From Halarcobacter sp. (GTDB lineage: Bacteria; Campylobacterota; Campylobacteria; Campylobacterales; Arcobacteraceae), in NCBI GenBank assembly GCA_963676565.1, contig OY781089.1, positions 2,816,001 through 2,880,000 on the forward strand: DNA of 64,000 nucleotides, in the 5' to 3' direction. Positions 43,209 to 53,416 of the stretch are shown piece after piece. The translations under genes were made by a program, and so were the position numbers. A model generated the notes under the pieces. The model was not told the DNA's origin. It saw only the letters and a program-made list of their open reading frames with translations, and ran no database searches. Numbering within the stretch: the stretch's first letter is position 1; each line of letters begins with the position of its first letter.

Positions 43209-44257
43209 TTCAAATAAATCAAAACCTCATCAGTCAATTGACTAAAAAGCATCACTTTTTTGCCAAAGTGGTCATTTTTAAAATTGTATGCTGCTTCATC
43301 TGACTCAAAAGCAACTAATTCTTTTCCCATAGGTCCATAAACATCTGAACCCACAACAAAATAGGCTTTTCTAGCATCAACTTTTTTTGTTGTAAAATAA
43401 TCTGTTACATAAATATTTTTAAACTCTTTATTACTCTTAAAAATAAATTTGAGCATATCTTTTACACCATCAAAATAATATTTTTTATTTCCTTCTTCAA
43501 TCATTGATACCCATTTTGGGTGATTTTTTACAAACATTCCACAAATTGGACATCTTGCATCATCAGGTACTTTGATTGATTTTATTTTTCTCATACTTTT
43601 ATTAAGTTTCTCAACATCCCATAGATAAGTGGTTATCATTTGTAATTCTTTATCTCTTTTAACTTTACACTCATCTTTTAAAGTTGCTTTTAATACTGAA
43701 ATAGAATCGAAATTTTGAATATCTAAATTTTTACATTTAGACTTATAAAGATTCTTTCCTCTTTTATAAATCTTTTTTTCTTTTTTCTTTCTAATTGAAT
43801 TTATATCTTTATTATAATCATTTAAAGCGACTGCATATGCTGTTTCAAAGTCAACTAAATCTCCACCATTTATTTGAATGAAATCTAATGCATCTTCTCT
43901 ATTTTTAAATGCATACTTACTATTACTTGACATTGTCCCAGGAACTTTACTACCTAAAACATAAAATGCATTATTTGCATCAATAAACTTTAAACTTTTT
44001 ACATCTACAACTTTTACATTTTGAGGCATTTTATTTCCTACAACAGCGTATAAACTGTACATTGAACAGTATTGTTTACCTTTGTAAATATGGTTAGTTT
44101 TATAATATTTTTTTAAATCCATCGCACAATAATCACAATACTCATTACCTTTGCCATTATTTATAATAGTTGCATTTTTCTCATCTACACTTTGAAACAT
44201 TTTTCCTAAAGAAAAAGAAAAGAATATAAAAAATAGTAAAAATATGATTTTTCTCAT
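43205..44257 (-). CDS. Two-domain NosL-family protein (MccL-like copper chaperone candidate)
   Basis: Signal peptide; CDYCAM...YCSM and CPICGM...FDGVKDM...GPMG. Confidence 0.8.
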   Translation of the reverse strand: MRKIIFLLFFIFFSFSLGKMFQSVDEKNATIINNGKGNEYCDYCAMDLKKYYKTNHIYKGKQYCSMYSLYAVVGNKMPQNVKVVDVKSLKFIDANNAFYVLGSKVPGTMSSNSKYAFKNREDALDFIQINGGDLVDFETAYAVALNDYNKDINSIRKKKEKKIYKRGKNLYKSKCKNLDIQNFDSISVLKATLKDECKVKRDKELQMITTYLWDVEKLNKSMRKIKSIKVPDDARCPICGMFVKNHPKWVSMIEEGNKKYYFDGVKDMLKFIFKSNKEFKNIYVTDYFTTKKVDARKAYFVVGSDVYGPMGKELVAFESDEAAYNFKNDHFGKKVMLFSQLTDEVLIYLK

Positions 44258-44268
44258 TATGATGCCTT

Positions 44269-45108
44269 TTATTTATGATAATTTTTTAACATCTCATAAT
44301 TTGAACAAGCTACTTTCAAACCTTTATCACACGATTTTTTAAAAAGTTCTTCTGCTTTTTTAAAATCTTGGCTTATCCCTACTCCATTTAAAATTAATAC
44401 TGCTTGATTATTGCAACCCTTAACTCCATCTTTACTTTTACATGCTTTATCATATAACTCAAATGCTTTTTTAAAATCTACTTTTGTTCCAAAACCATTT
44501 TCATACATATGTCCTAAATTTTCACAAGCTAAGGTAACTCCTGCCTTACATGATTTTTCATATAAGCCTATGGTTTTTTTATAATCTTTTTTTACACCTT
44601 TTCCTTCAAAATGCATAAATGCTAAATTATTACATCCCATCTCATCAAAACTTGCACAAGATTTTTCATAAAATTTAAATGCTTTTTTTGTATCTTGTTT
44701 TACACCATCACCTAAATCATATAATCTTCCAAGGTTATTACATGCTGCTCCATCATTGTCATCGCAAGCTTTTTCATATAAAACACTTGCTTTTAGAATA
44801 TCTTTTTTTACACCTTTTCCATTTGCATATATTACACCTAAGTTATAACATGCTGATGTAAAATCTCCTTCACATGCTTTTTCATAATATGTAATTGCTT
44901 TTTTTACATCTTTTTTAATTCCCTTTGACCCCATATATAAAACACCCATGTTATAACAAGCTGATGATTTTCCATCTTTACAAGCTTCTTCATAGATATT
45001 TGCAACTTTTTTATGATCACCTTTTTTATGTGCATCAACACTTTCTTTTATATATCCAGCATCCAAAAAACTAATTAGTAATACAATTAAAATCAAATAC
45101 TTTTTCAT
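44269..45108 (-). CDS. Secreted cysteine-rich Sel1-repeat protein (Hcp-like)
   Basis: Signal peptide; repeated YEKAC..ACxNLGxxY..GxGV. Confidence 0.88.
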   Translation of the reverse strand: MKKYLILIVLLISFLDAGYIKESVDAHKKGDHKKVANIYEEACKDGKSSACYNMGVLYMGSKGIKKDVKKAITYYEKACEGDFTSACYNLGVIYANGKGVKKDILKASVLYEKACDDNDGAACNNLGRLYDLGDGVKQDTKKAFKFYEKSCASFDEMGCNNLAFMHFEGKGVKKDYKKTIGLYEKSCKAGVTLACENLGHMYENGFGTKVDFKKAFELYDKACKSKDGVKGCNNQAVLILNGVGISQDFKKAEELFKKSCDKGLKVACSNYEMLKNYHK

Positions 45109-45118
45109 AATCTAACCT

Positions 45119-45955
45119 TTAAAATCCCATGTCTGTTAACATTGTGTATTCTAAGCAACATGAATTATCTCCCATATCGCAACCTTTTCCATAAACTTGT
45201 TTTGCAAAGGTATAATTTTGCCCCACACCTCTTCCTGTTGAATATAAAACTCCAAGTTTATAACACATGATACTGTCTCCATTTTCACACCCAATTTTAA
45301 ATGAAGAAAAGAGTTTCTGATAATTTTTTGGATCTTCAAAGGCGATTTGTTTAATATAAATATCAACTAATCTAAAACATGCTTGAGTATCACCTTTATT
45401 GCAACCTGTTTTATACCAGGTTATTGCATTTTCTTTATCATCATTTTTAAAATATATATTCCCTACTTTATAACATCCTAGAACTGCATCTTTTTGGCAA
45501 GCGAGTTTATACATTTTCATACTTCTAATATCATTATCTTTACTATTTAATTGATATTGATACATAGTTCCTAAATTGTAACAAGCAAGATTAAACCCTT
45601 TTTCACAAGATTTTTTATAGTAATTTTCTGCTGTTTTAAAATCTGGTTTTACATCTATAATTCCACCTTTGTCATAACAAACGCCTACTTTAAAACAACC
45701 TCTAGCATTACCTAAAGAGCACGATTTATCATAAAGTTCATAGGCTTTTTTAAAATTTTGTTTTACACTTTGTTTATTTTCATACATAAATCCAAGTCTA
45801 TAACATCCCTCTTGAATATTGTTTTTACACTCTTGTTCATATATTTTAAAAGCTTCTTTGAAATTTCCTTTTGAATATAGTTTATTAGCATTTTCAATGC
45901 CATTTGCATATAAAAATAAACTTCCTAATAAAACTAAAAATATTAACTTTTTCAT
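45119..45955 (-). CDS. Secreted cysteine-rich Sel1-repeat protein (Hcp-like)
   Basis: Signal peptide; repeated KSC..GCxxLG. Confidence 0.85.
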   Translation of the reverse strand: MKKLIFLVLLGSLFLYANGIENANKLYSKGNFKEAFKIYEQECKNNIQEGCYRLGFMYENKQSVKQNFKKAYELYDKSCSLGNARGCFKVGVCYDKGGIIDVKPDFKTAENYYKKSCEKGFNLACYNLGTMYQYQLNSKDNDIRSMKMYKLACQKDAVLGCYKVGNIYFKNDDKENAITWYKTGCNKGDTQACFRLVDIYIKQIAFEDPKNYQKLFSSFKIGCENGDSIMCYKLGVLYSTGRGVGQNYTFAKQVYGKGCDMGDNSCCLEYTMLTDMGF

Positions 45956-45968
45956 AAATCTCTCCTAG

Positions 45969-48644
45969 TTATTTAACCACTTTAATATCTCTACCTCTGT
46001 AGGCAAATGCGCTTATTACTAAAACCATAACTATTGAGTAATAAACAAAATCTGGCAAAGGTACTTTATCTCCTGATGCATATGAATGCATCCCTGATAA
46101 ATAAAAATTAACTCCAAAATATGTCATAATTATTGATGAAAATGACACTAGTGAAGCAACTAAAAAAACATAAACACTATTTAGTTTTGGTATAAATCTA
46201 AGGTGTAAGACAATAGTATAAACAACTATTGAGATAAAAGACCAAGTTTCTTTTGGATCCCATCCCCAATATCTACCCCAAGATTCATTTGCCCAAACAC
46301 CACCTACAAAATTTCCAACTGTTAACATAGATAGTCCAATAATTAAACTTATTTCTGTAATAGCTACTAATTGTCTAACTTGTAAATCAATTCTTTGTTT
46401 ATTTGAAGCATTTTTAAAAATCATCAAAATTAAAGATATAAAAGATAATAATGCCCCAAGAGCCAAAAATCCATAACTTGCAGTAATAACTGATACATGA
46501 ATACTTAACCAATAAGATTTTAAAACAGGAACTAGAGGAGTAATTTGTGGACTAATAAAATTCAAATGGGCAACTAACATAATAATCCCACCTAAAATTG
46601 AAGCAGAAGCTAGAGCAAGCAATGATTTTCTAAACACAACTAATCCTGCTAAGATTGCAGACCAACCAGCATAAATCAGTGATTCATATGTATCACTCCA
46701 AGGAGCGTGTCCTGATATGTACCATCTCATACCAAGTCCTGAACTATGAGCTATAAAACCTAATAATAAAGCAATAAAAAATACTATTTTTAATTTTTTA
46801 AACTCTTTCTTGTAAAAAATTGAGATAATTGCAAATATTAAAATTATAAATCCTAAAGAGAAATAAAAGTTAATTAGGTTTTGAAATATTTTCAGATTAT
46901 TAAATAAAACCTCTATTCTTGTTTGATTAACGCTTGGTAAAATATCGTTTGATACTTTTCTTTGATAAGCTTGTATTTTTTCTAAAGCTTGATTTGCATT
47001 TGTCCAATCATTACTATTTAAACCTAATGACAAACCATTAAAGTACATATAAATAGCTTCATTTATATCTCTATCTAACCATGCCATTGATACAGCTTTA
47101 TGTGGTTCGTGCCATAATTTATCTAAATCATGTGGGTTTGGAATAAATTTATAAAACATTCCAATAGTTGATAAATAAAAAATATTTAATCTTTCATCCA
47201 ATTTTATTAAGTCTTTATCAAAAGTACCCCTTTTTGAAGGCATTTTTTCATTAGCAAGATTTATTTGTTTATTTAGTTTATATGTGCCATCTGTATCAAA
47301 AACTTGTGAAAAAGAGATATATTTACTATCTTCCTTTACACCTAGTATTTTTTTAATCTCTTTGTTTTTAATTTTTATTAATTTAACCTCTTCCCAAAGA
47401 TTTGGTTCTGCAAAAATTCCTAACATAATTTGAGTAGCACTTAAACCATACATTGAAGATTTATTTGAGATTTTATGTAAAATATCAACAGCTTGTGTAC
47501 CCATTGGTTTTATTCTTCCATTATAATCTTGAACATATAACATTGCAAACTCTTTTACATGCTCTAAAGAATTAACTCTAACTTTTTCTAGATATTCATT
47601 TGTGTCTGCTTTTAAATGTATATTTGCAATAAATATTAGAGGTAAGATAAGTGATAAATTATTTTTATTTAAAAATATTTTAAGTCTTTCAAATCTACTT
47701 CCTTTTGTAAAGAAATTCAATATAAATCCTAAAGATAATAGAAAATAGGCAAAATAAGTTGGCCATTTCCCTGGGTCATTATTCACTGATAATACTGTAC
47801 CTCTTTCATCTCTATCATAAGAAGATTGAAAAAACTTAAAGCCATTATATGATAAAGGATGATTCATAAATATTTTGTAATCAATCGATTTATTTTCATC
47901 ATTTAATACAACTTTACTTGTATATGATGAAGGACTTTGAGAACCAGGATATCTTTCAATTTGAAAATCAAATAAGTATATATTAAATGGTAGCTCAATT
48001 ATTTTAGACCCCCATGAAATAGCTATTTCGACATCATTGATTTTTATATTTGATGGTGGTTCAATACTTCCATGTCCACCTAAAATCTCAACTTCTTGTT
48101 TTTTGCCATCAAACTCAATATTTACAAGAAGTTTTTCTACATTTGTTTCTTTATTATAAGTAAAATCTTTATACTCAACTACAAAGTTTCTACCTTTCAT
48201 TTCGTGTATATATTTAAAATAATTGTTACCAATTTTTCCCAAAGCTAATAGGTGCTCAAAGTTTTCATTTTGTGTTTTAATTTGAAGATATGATTCTTCA
48301 GAGATAACTCTATTTTCACTCATACCTTCTCTAATATGGATAACGCCTTCATAGCCAAAATACCTAGTAACTCCTGCACCAAGTAATACAACAACAAAAC
48401 CTAAATGAAAAACAAAAGCACCCATTTTTCTATACATTCTACTTTTGATTATTATACCTATTAAAGATATACATAGTGAAATCATAACAGCTTCATACCA
48501 AACTGAATTATAAACCACTACCTTTGCAGTTTGTGCATCATAATCATTTTCTATAAAAGTTGCAACAGCAGAAGCTACTGCTAAAACAAATAACATGAAA
48601 ATCACAAAATAATATGACAAAAACAACTTACTAAAATAACGCAT
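45969..48644 (-). CDS. ccsA: CcsBA-type cytochrome c synthase (CcsA1/NrfI-like)
   Basis: WANESWGRYWGWDPKETW WWD domain, GHAPW, GMHSYA; 891 aa; follows mccD. Confidence 0.92.
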   Translation of the reverse strand: MRYFSKLFLSYYFVIFMLFVLAVASAVATFIENDYDAQTAKVVVYNSVWYEAVMISLCISLIGIIIKSRMYRKMGAFVFHLGFVVVLLGAGVTRYFGYEGVIHIREGMSENRVISEESYLQIKTQNENFEHLLALGKIGNNYFKYIHEMKGRNFVVEYKDFTYNKETNVEKLLVNIEFDGKKQEVEILGGHGSIEPPSNIKINDVEIAISWGSKIIELPFNIYLFDFQIERYPGSQSPSSYTSKVVLNDENKSIDYKIFMNHPLSYNGFKFFQSSYDRDERGTVLSVNNDPGKWPTYFAYFLLSLGFILNFFTKGSRFERLKIFLNKNNLSLILPLIFIANIHLKADTNEYLEKVRVNSLEHVKEFAMLYVQDYNGRIKPMGTQAVDILHKISNKSSMYGLSATQIMLGIFAEPNLWEEVKLIKIKNKEIKKILGVKEDSKYISFSQVFDTDGTYKLNKQINLANEKMPSKRGTFDKDLIKLDERLNIFYLSTIGMFYKFIPNPHDLDKLWHEPHKAVSMAWLDRDINEAIYMYFNGLSLGLNSNDWTNANQALEKIQAYQRKVSNDILPSVNQTRIEVLFNNLKIFQNLINFYFSLGFIILIFAIISIFYKKEFKKLKIVFFIALLLGFIAHSSGLGMRWYISGHAPWSDTYESLIYAGWSAILAGLVVFRKSLLALASASILGGIIMLVAHLNFISPQITPLVPVLKSYWLSIHVSVITASYGFLALGALLSFISLILMIFKNASNKQRIDLQVRQLVAITEISLIIGLSMLTVGNFVGGVWANESWGRYWGWDPKETWSFISIVVYTIVLHLRFIPKLNSVYVFLVASLVSFSSIIMTYFGVNFYLSGMHSYASGDKVPLPDFVYYSIVMVLVISAFAYRGRDIKVVK

Positions 48645-48668
48645 AATAATCCTTTTTGTAATTAAATA

Positions 48669-49610
48669 TTACAAACCAAATATTTGTCCTGCATAAACGA
48701 TAAAAAGTCTTAAAAATAATACCCCTACAATACTACATAATGCAGATATATATAAGACACTCATAGAGTGTGCAACTTTTTTACCCAATGCAAAATTTAA
48801 TATAATTGGTATAATAAATCCAATACCAACAATCCCATACCAAAAAACACTTGACCACGTACCTTCATAAAAACTATTAATTGCAATTTTTCCTGCTTCA
48901 TTACCAGTTAATAAAGAAACAAATAACATGACTAAAAATAGGACCTCAGCAGTCATAATTGGCCATTCAACTTTATGTAAAACTTTCATATCCCCTGAAT
49001 GGACATCTGCTTTAAATAAACTTCTTGATACTAAAAACAATGCAGCTGTTCCAGCTGATAATCCAGATACAACAAAAAGTGCAGGTAAAATCGAAGTATT
49101 TAATAATGGAAATCTAACTAATACTGAGATTAAAAAACCTGTATATGCACAAACTACTATTGCAAATAAAAACAATCCGCCTTCAACTAGAAATCTAGCT
49201 TTGTTTAAAAGATTTATTATTGGTGTTGTAAATGGTAATTTTTTTTTAAAAAAATCCTCAAAAGCATAAACAACCGCAATACATGTTAAAGGAATATAAA
49301 CCATTAAGGCAGCCACACCTATTGACATAACTGATGTCCAGTTATAATTAATCAAAATCTGCCAAAATAAAAGTGGTCTTGTTAAGTCAGCAACTAAACA
49401 AACCATACCAAGCATAATTGTTCCACATGAGACTAAAGCAGCTGCTTTATAAACAGCAGTATTTTCCCTCTGATTTTTATAAAATCTTATAGCCAATGCA
49501 ACAATTAATGCTCCACCTGAAACTCCTGCTAAAAGAAGATAAACTGAAATTGGCCAATGCCAGCCTATCTCTGTTGAAAAACCTGAACTGTAAGTTACTA
49601 ATTCATTCAT
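48669..49610 (-). CDS. mccD: NrfD/PsrC-family quinol-oxidising membrane subunit MccD
   Basis: WPISVYLLLAG, DLTRP, SVMSIG, YTGFL. Confidence 0.88.
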   Translation of the reverse strand: MNELVTYSSGFSTEIGWHWPISVYLLLAGVSGGALIVALAIRFYKNQRENTAVYKAAALVSCGTIMLGMVCLVADLTRPLLFWQILINYNWTSVMSIGVAALMVYIPLTCIAVVYAFEDFFKKKLPFTTPIINLLNKARFLVEGGLFLFAIVVCAYTGFLISVLVRFPLLNTSILPALFVVSGLSAGTAALFLVSRSLFKADVHSGDMKVLHKVEWPIMTAEVLFLVMLFVSLLTGNEAGKIAINSFYEGTWSSVFWYGIVGIGFIIPIILNFALGKKVAHSMSVLYISALCSIVGVLFLRLFIVYAGQIFGL

Positions 49611-49611
49611 A

Positions 49612-50280
49612 TCAAACTCCTGTTTTTAGCATTGGGATATATCTTAGATTTGGTTGTGTTCCAAAACTAGGTTTTAACCTAACAGAATCTTTTACATTCA
49701 ATATTTTATTTATGTAAGAGTTTTTATCATTTAAATCACCAAATACTATTGCATCATATTTACAAGCTTCAACACAAGCAGGTTCTTTACCATCAGCTAA
49801 ATTTGTATTTTTGCAAAAATTACAATTTTCAGCTGCTTTAGTCTCACTATTTATAAATCTCACATCATAAGGACATGCCACAATACAATATTTACACCCG
49901 ATACATTTATCAACATTCATTGTTACAATATCTGTAATTGAATCTTTATAACATGCTGTAGTAGGACACACATTTACACAAGAGGCATCACTACATTGTT
50001 GGCAAGACACTCTCATATATTTTCTATCTAAAACATTATTTGGGTTTGTTTGATCCTCTACAAAAAGTCTATGTTGTCCCTTTGGAATAAGATTAACTTT
50101 TTCACAAGCAATCTCACAATCAGAACAACCTACACATTTATTTTGATCAAAAATCATCCCAAATTGAGGTTTGTTTGTTTGATCTTGACTTGCATTTAAT
50201 CCATATTGCAAGCCTCCAAGGAAAAGGGAACCTAAACCCATACCTTTTATAAAGGCTCTTCTATTTTTTTCCGTACTCAT
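49612..50280 (-). CDS. mccC: NrfC-type iron-sulfur protein MccC with Tat signal
   Basis: NRRAFIK; four Cys clusters. Confidence 0.9.
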   Translation of the reverse strand: MSTEKNRRAFIKGMGLGSLFLGGLQYGLNASQDQTNKPQFGMIFDQNKCVGCSDCEIACEKVNLIPKGQHRLFVEDQTNPNNVLDRKYMRVSCQQCSDASCVNVCPTTACYKDSITDIVTMNVDKCIGCKYCIVACPYDVRFINSETKAAENCNFCKNTNLADGKEPACVEACKYDAIVFGDLNDKNSYINKILNVKDSVRLKPSFGTQPNLRYIPMLKTGV

Positions 50281-50305
50281 TTTACTATCCTATTAAATTT
50301 AAGTA

Positions 50306-51100
50306 TTAATGAGGAGCATTTGAAATATTTTTTTTAGTATCACTAAGTCCCATCATTTCGAATTTTTTCTTAGGTCTCATATCCCCTGGCTTCATAACTT
50401 TTACCATTTCTACATCAAATACTAAAGTTGAGTTAGGTGGAATATCTCTCATTTGAACATGTCCATAACCTAATTTACTTGGAATATAGATTTTATATTT
50501 AGCCCCAGGATTCATTAACATCAAGCCTTCTTTTAATCCATCAACAACATTTACCATTGATAAGTGTGCTGGTGCTTTTCTTTCATATGTATCATCAAAT
50601 ACATATCCATCAAGCAATGATGCTTTATAATTTATAATTACGACACTCTCAGGTTTTGCTTTCTCACCTGATCCAGCTTTGATAACCTCGTATTGTAATC
50701 CTGACTTAGTAACTTTTACACCTTTTTTAGCTTTATTCTTAGCAAGAAAATCTTTCTCTTTTTTTAAATTTTCAGCTTGTACTTTTTTAAATTTTGCCTC
50801 TTTTGCATCATTTAAAAAATTTGCTCTATTGTTTAAACTTGTGATAATATCTTCTTCATTTAGTTTTGTTTTCTCTTTTAAAGCATCTGCAAAACCTTCT
50901 AGAACTTTATCCATATCAATTTTTGCACCTAACTGTAATTGTCCATATATTTGATTACTTAAATATTGACCAGTTGATGCACCAATACTATATGACTCTT
51001 TTTCTAAATCAGTTTTAATATCACTAGAAATACCTTGAGATACACTTACTGCTAAAACTAAAGATACTATAAAATGTAACTTTTTCCCTACACTTCTCAT
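50306..51100 (-). CDS. mccB: FKBP-type peptidyl-prolyl isomerase MccB
   Basis: SYSIG, SGLQYEVI, IPSKLGYG, IPPNSTLVFDVE; start moved to ATG 51100. Confidence 0.9.
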   Translation of the reverse strand: MRSVGKKLHFIVSLVLAVSVSQGISSDIKTDLEKESYSIGASTGQYLSNQIYGQLQLGAKIDMDKVLEGFADALKEKTKLNEEDIITSLNNRANFLNDAKEAKFKKVQAENLKKEKDFLAKNKAKKGVKVTKSGLQYEVIKAGSGEKAKPESVVIINYKASLLDGYVFDDTYERKAPAHLSMVNVVDGLKEGLMLMNPGAKYKIYIPSKLGYGHVQMRDIPPNSTLVFDVEMVKVMKPGDMRPKKKFEMMGLSDTKKNISNAPH

Positions 51101-51124
51101 TTTCAAATCCTTCTTTACAAGATA

Positions 51125-51148
51125 AGGATTACACAAAAGTGTAACCCT
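51125..51148 (-). terminator. Stem-loop between mccA and mccB
   Basis: Minus strand GGGTTACAC-TTTT-GTGTAATCC (one G-U pair). Confidence 0.6.
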
Positions 51149-51162
51149 ATATCTTCTCATAT

Positions 51163-53283
51163 TTATTTATTTTTTCCTAAAATATGTTGAGCTTCTTGAA
51201 CATAAGCTTGTGCAGCTTTAGCTCTTCTTTCAGTATATTTGAAACCATGAACACCCCATGATCCATCTTTTTTAAGAAGTCTCATAGTAGCCTCTGCTTT
51301 TTCAATTAACTCATTAACTCTTGCTCTATCTTCAATACTTAATTTAGTTACGTCAAGTACTTCATATAAACCTTTAATTGCAACAGTAACCTCATCATAG
51401 ATTTTTTTGATTGGTTTTTGCCATCCCATTACCTCTTCATATATTCTTCTTTGATCTTTGAAGTGTAATGTTTTTTTCAATGTAGACATTGCAATAGAGT
51501 GACAACCTTTGTTATCTTCCATATCTTTGTCTGCCCATGAAGTTTTTCCACAAGCCCACATTAAGTCAATATAATTATGACCTTCATCATTTTTAGCGAT
51601 ATACCAATCTTTGTATTTTTTAGGTACTTGTTGTACTCTAGGTTTTCCTGGAGGTGGATTTAAAGATTTTCTCTCTGGGTCAACATCAATTTTCCAAATA
51701 TGAGATCTTCTTTGTGTATCAAAACCACCATGATCTTGATATTGAACAGCATAGAAATTTTCACAACTCATTGTAAATGGCATGTGACATGCTTTACAAT
51801 CTAATTTGCTGTGTGTATCTTTAGTATTTTCAATAATTAAAGCCTGCTCTTTGTGACAACTTTGACAATTTTTTCTAATAGCAGGTTTTGAATAGAATGA
51901 ACTTAAATAATCTCCAGTATCTGTATATACACCACCTTTTTTGGCTGTAGTTGTAGCTACGTATCCTGTAACATCGTGAGGATCGTGACAAGTAGTACAT
52001 CTCATACCAGCTTCATAGTGTGCAGTAAAGTAAGATTGAGAACCTTCAGACCCACAACCTGGTCCGGCAGATTTAAATTTAGAAGTAAATCCAAGTTCAG
52101 TAGATCTTCTTTTTAACTCTGGGTTTTTAGAATCTCTGAATTTTTCAGCTAAGAATGGTCTGTAAGAGAATCTTTGGTGACATCTTTCACAGTTAGAAGT
52201 CATAAGTCCATTACCACCATTTAAGTGACCACCCGCTCCGTGACACTCTTCACAAGAGATACCTTTTGAAATAGTATGGTCTTGTAATTTTTTTGCATCA
52301 CCTAAAGCATTTTTAAATTCGTTTTCAGTTTTAAAGTCAAATTTCCATGGGTGACATACTTGGCAGTATGATGAAGCAGCTTGAATAGCCATAGATTTTT
52401 TATATCTAGCAGCATATGAAGCTAAACCTCTTACATAACCTGAGTTATCTCCATGTTCTTCTAAAGTTACAGGAAAATCAGGAATATATTCTCTAATTTT
52501 TTTAGCAACTTCTGGAGTTAAATCATTTGCCCATGTTCTTTGGAACTGGTTACCACCAGCTACAATTTTACCTGTACCATCTTTTAACAACCCACCTTCA
52601 ACATGGTACGTACCTCTCATTAGCCAAGCATCCATAAATCCAAGTTTAGTTCTAAGGTGCCCTATTGTACAATATATTACATCAGGAGTAATACCTTTTG
52701 GTAAAATAGAAGCTGTGTCTGTGCCAAAGACTGATTTAGTTAAATCATTACCAACTTCAGGGTGTTCTCCTGGAAATCTAACAGTGGTAGAGTGTCTAGA
52801 TGTGCTCCATTTTTCATATTGTGCCGCATGACATTCTCCACATTTTTCTGGTCCAATAAATTTATTAGGAAATTTTAAAGGATCAGTTTCTGCTAATCTA
52901 TACATAGTAGCAGTAATACCTTTTCTTTTACTGTATTTTTGTAAATCATTACCATGTCCAGCGTGAGAAAACTCTTCTCCTCTATCTACAACTTTTAATT
53001 TACCAACAATTCTACCTTCAGGTAAATATTTAGTAAATACTGGGTGGTTTTTAAAAATCCAGTCATATCTGTCTTTTTCAGCTATAACATAATCTTTAAG
53101 TGAAACTACGCCTCTGCTTTTTAAAGTACCAGAATCTTCAGCTATGATTTTTTGCATATCGTGACTCAATGGAGGCAATTTGCTATTAGTAGCAGTCCCA
53201 TGAGTAGACGCGATTACATTACTTGTCATAACTCCAATACCTAGAAATAAACTAAGCAACAGTTTTCTGCTTAATCTTTCCAT
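51163..53283 (-). CDS. mccA: Octaheme heme c-copper sulfite reductase MccA/SirA
   Basis: Seven CxxCH (CGECH, CQVCH, CEECH, CERCH, CTTCH, CQSCH, CKACH) plus CX15CH (CGKTSWADKDMEDNKGCH); extra Cys in GPGC and MSCENF; mcc gene context. Confidence 0.93.
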   Translation of the reverse strand: MERLSRKLLLSLFLGIGVMTSNVIASTHGTATNSKLPPLSHDMQKIIAEDSGTLKSRGVVSLKDYVIAEKDRYDWIFKNHPVFTKYLPEGRIVGKLKVVDRGEEFSHAGHGNDLQKYSKRKGITATMYRLAETDPLKFPNKFIGPEKCGECHAAQYEKWSTSRHSTTVRFPGEHPEVGNDLTKSVFGTDTASILPKGITPDVIYCTIGHLRTKLGFMDAWLMRGTYHVEGGLLKDGTGKIVAGGNQFQRTWANDLTPEVAKKIREYIPDFPVTLEEHGDNSGYVRGLASYAARYKKSMAIQAASSYCQVCHPWKFDFKTENEFKNALGDAKKLQDHTISKGISCEECHGAGGHLNGGNGLMTSNCERCHQRFSYRPFLAEKFRDSKNPELKRRSTELGFTSKFKSAGPGCGSEGSQSYFTAHYEAGMRCTTCHDPHDVTGYVATTTAKKGGVYTDTGDYLSSFYSKPAIRKNCQSCHKEQALIIENTKDTHSKLDCKACHMPFTMSCENFYAVQYQDHGGFDTQRRSHIWKIDVDPERKSLNPPPGKPRVQQVPKKYKDWYIAKNDEGHNYIDLMWACGKTSWADKDMEDNKGCHSIAMSTLKKTLHFKDQRRIYEEVMGWQKPIKKIYDEVTVAIKGLYEVLDVTKLSIEDRARVNELIEKAEATMRLLKKDGSWGVHGFKYTERRAKAAQAYVQEAQHILGKNK

Positions 53284-53362
53284 TTCTTCTCCTTTATTAT
53301 TTTAGCCCTTTAAAATATATATTGAAGGTTGTATTAATATATATCTTCAAGTACCATGTGAA

Positions 53363-53395
53363 ATACTAACAATAAAAGAGGTGATAAAAGGGAGA
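53363..53395 (-). promoter_or_regulatory. Putative mccA promoter with tandem repeat (candidate MccR site)
   Basis: ATAAAAGAGGTG/ATAAAAGGGAGA at 53372-53395, then minus-strand TGnTAGTAT extended -10. Confidence 0.45.
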
Positions 53396-53416
53396 AGTGT
53401 TAATTATTTGTTAATT

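Noticed and set aside
39713..44257. NosL domains as evidence of nitrous oxide reduction
   Set aside because: No nosZ or nosD in the window; context points to MccA
51163..53283. Multiheme protein as NrfA or octaheme tetrathionate reductase
   Set aside because: No CxxCK; CX15CH and gene context identify MccA
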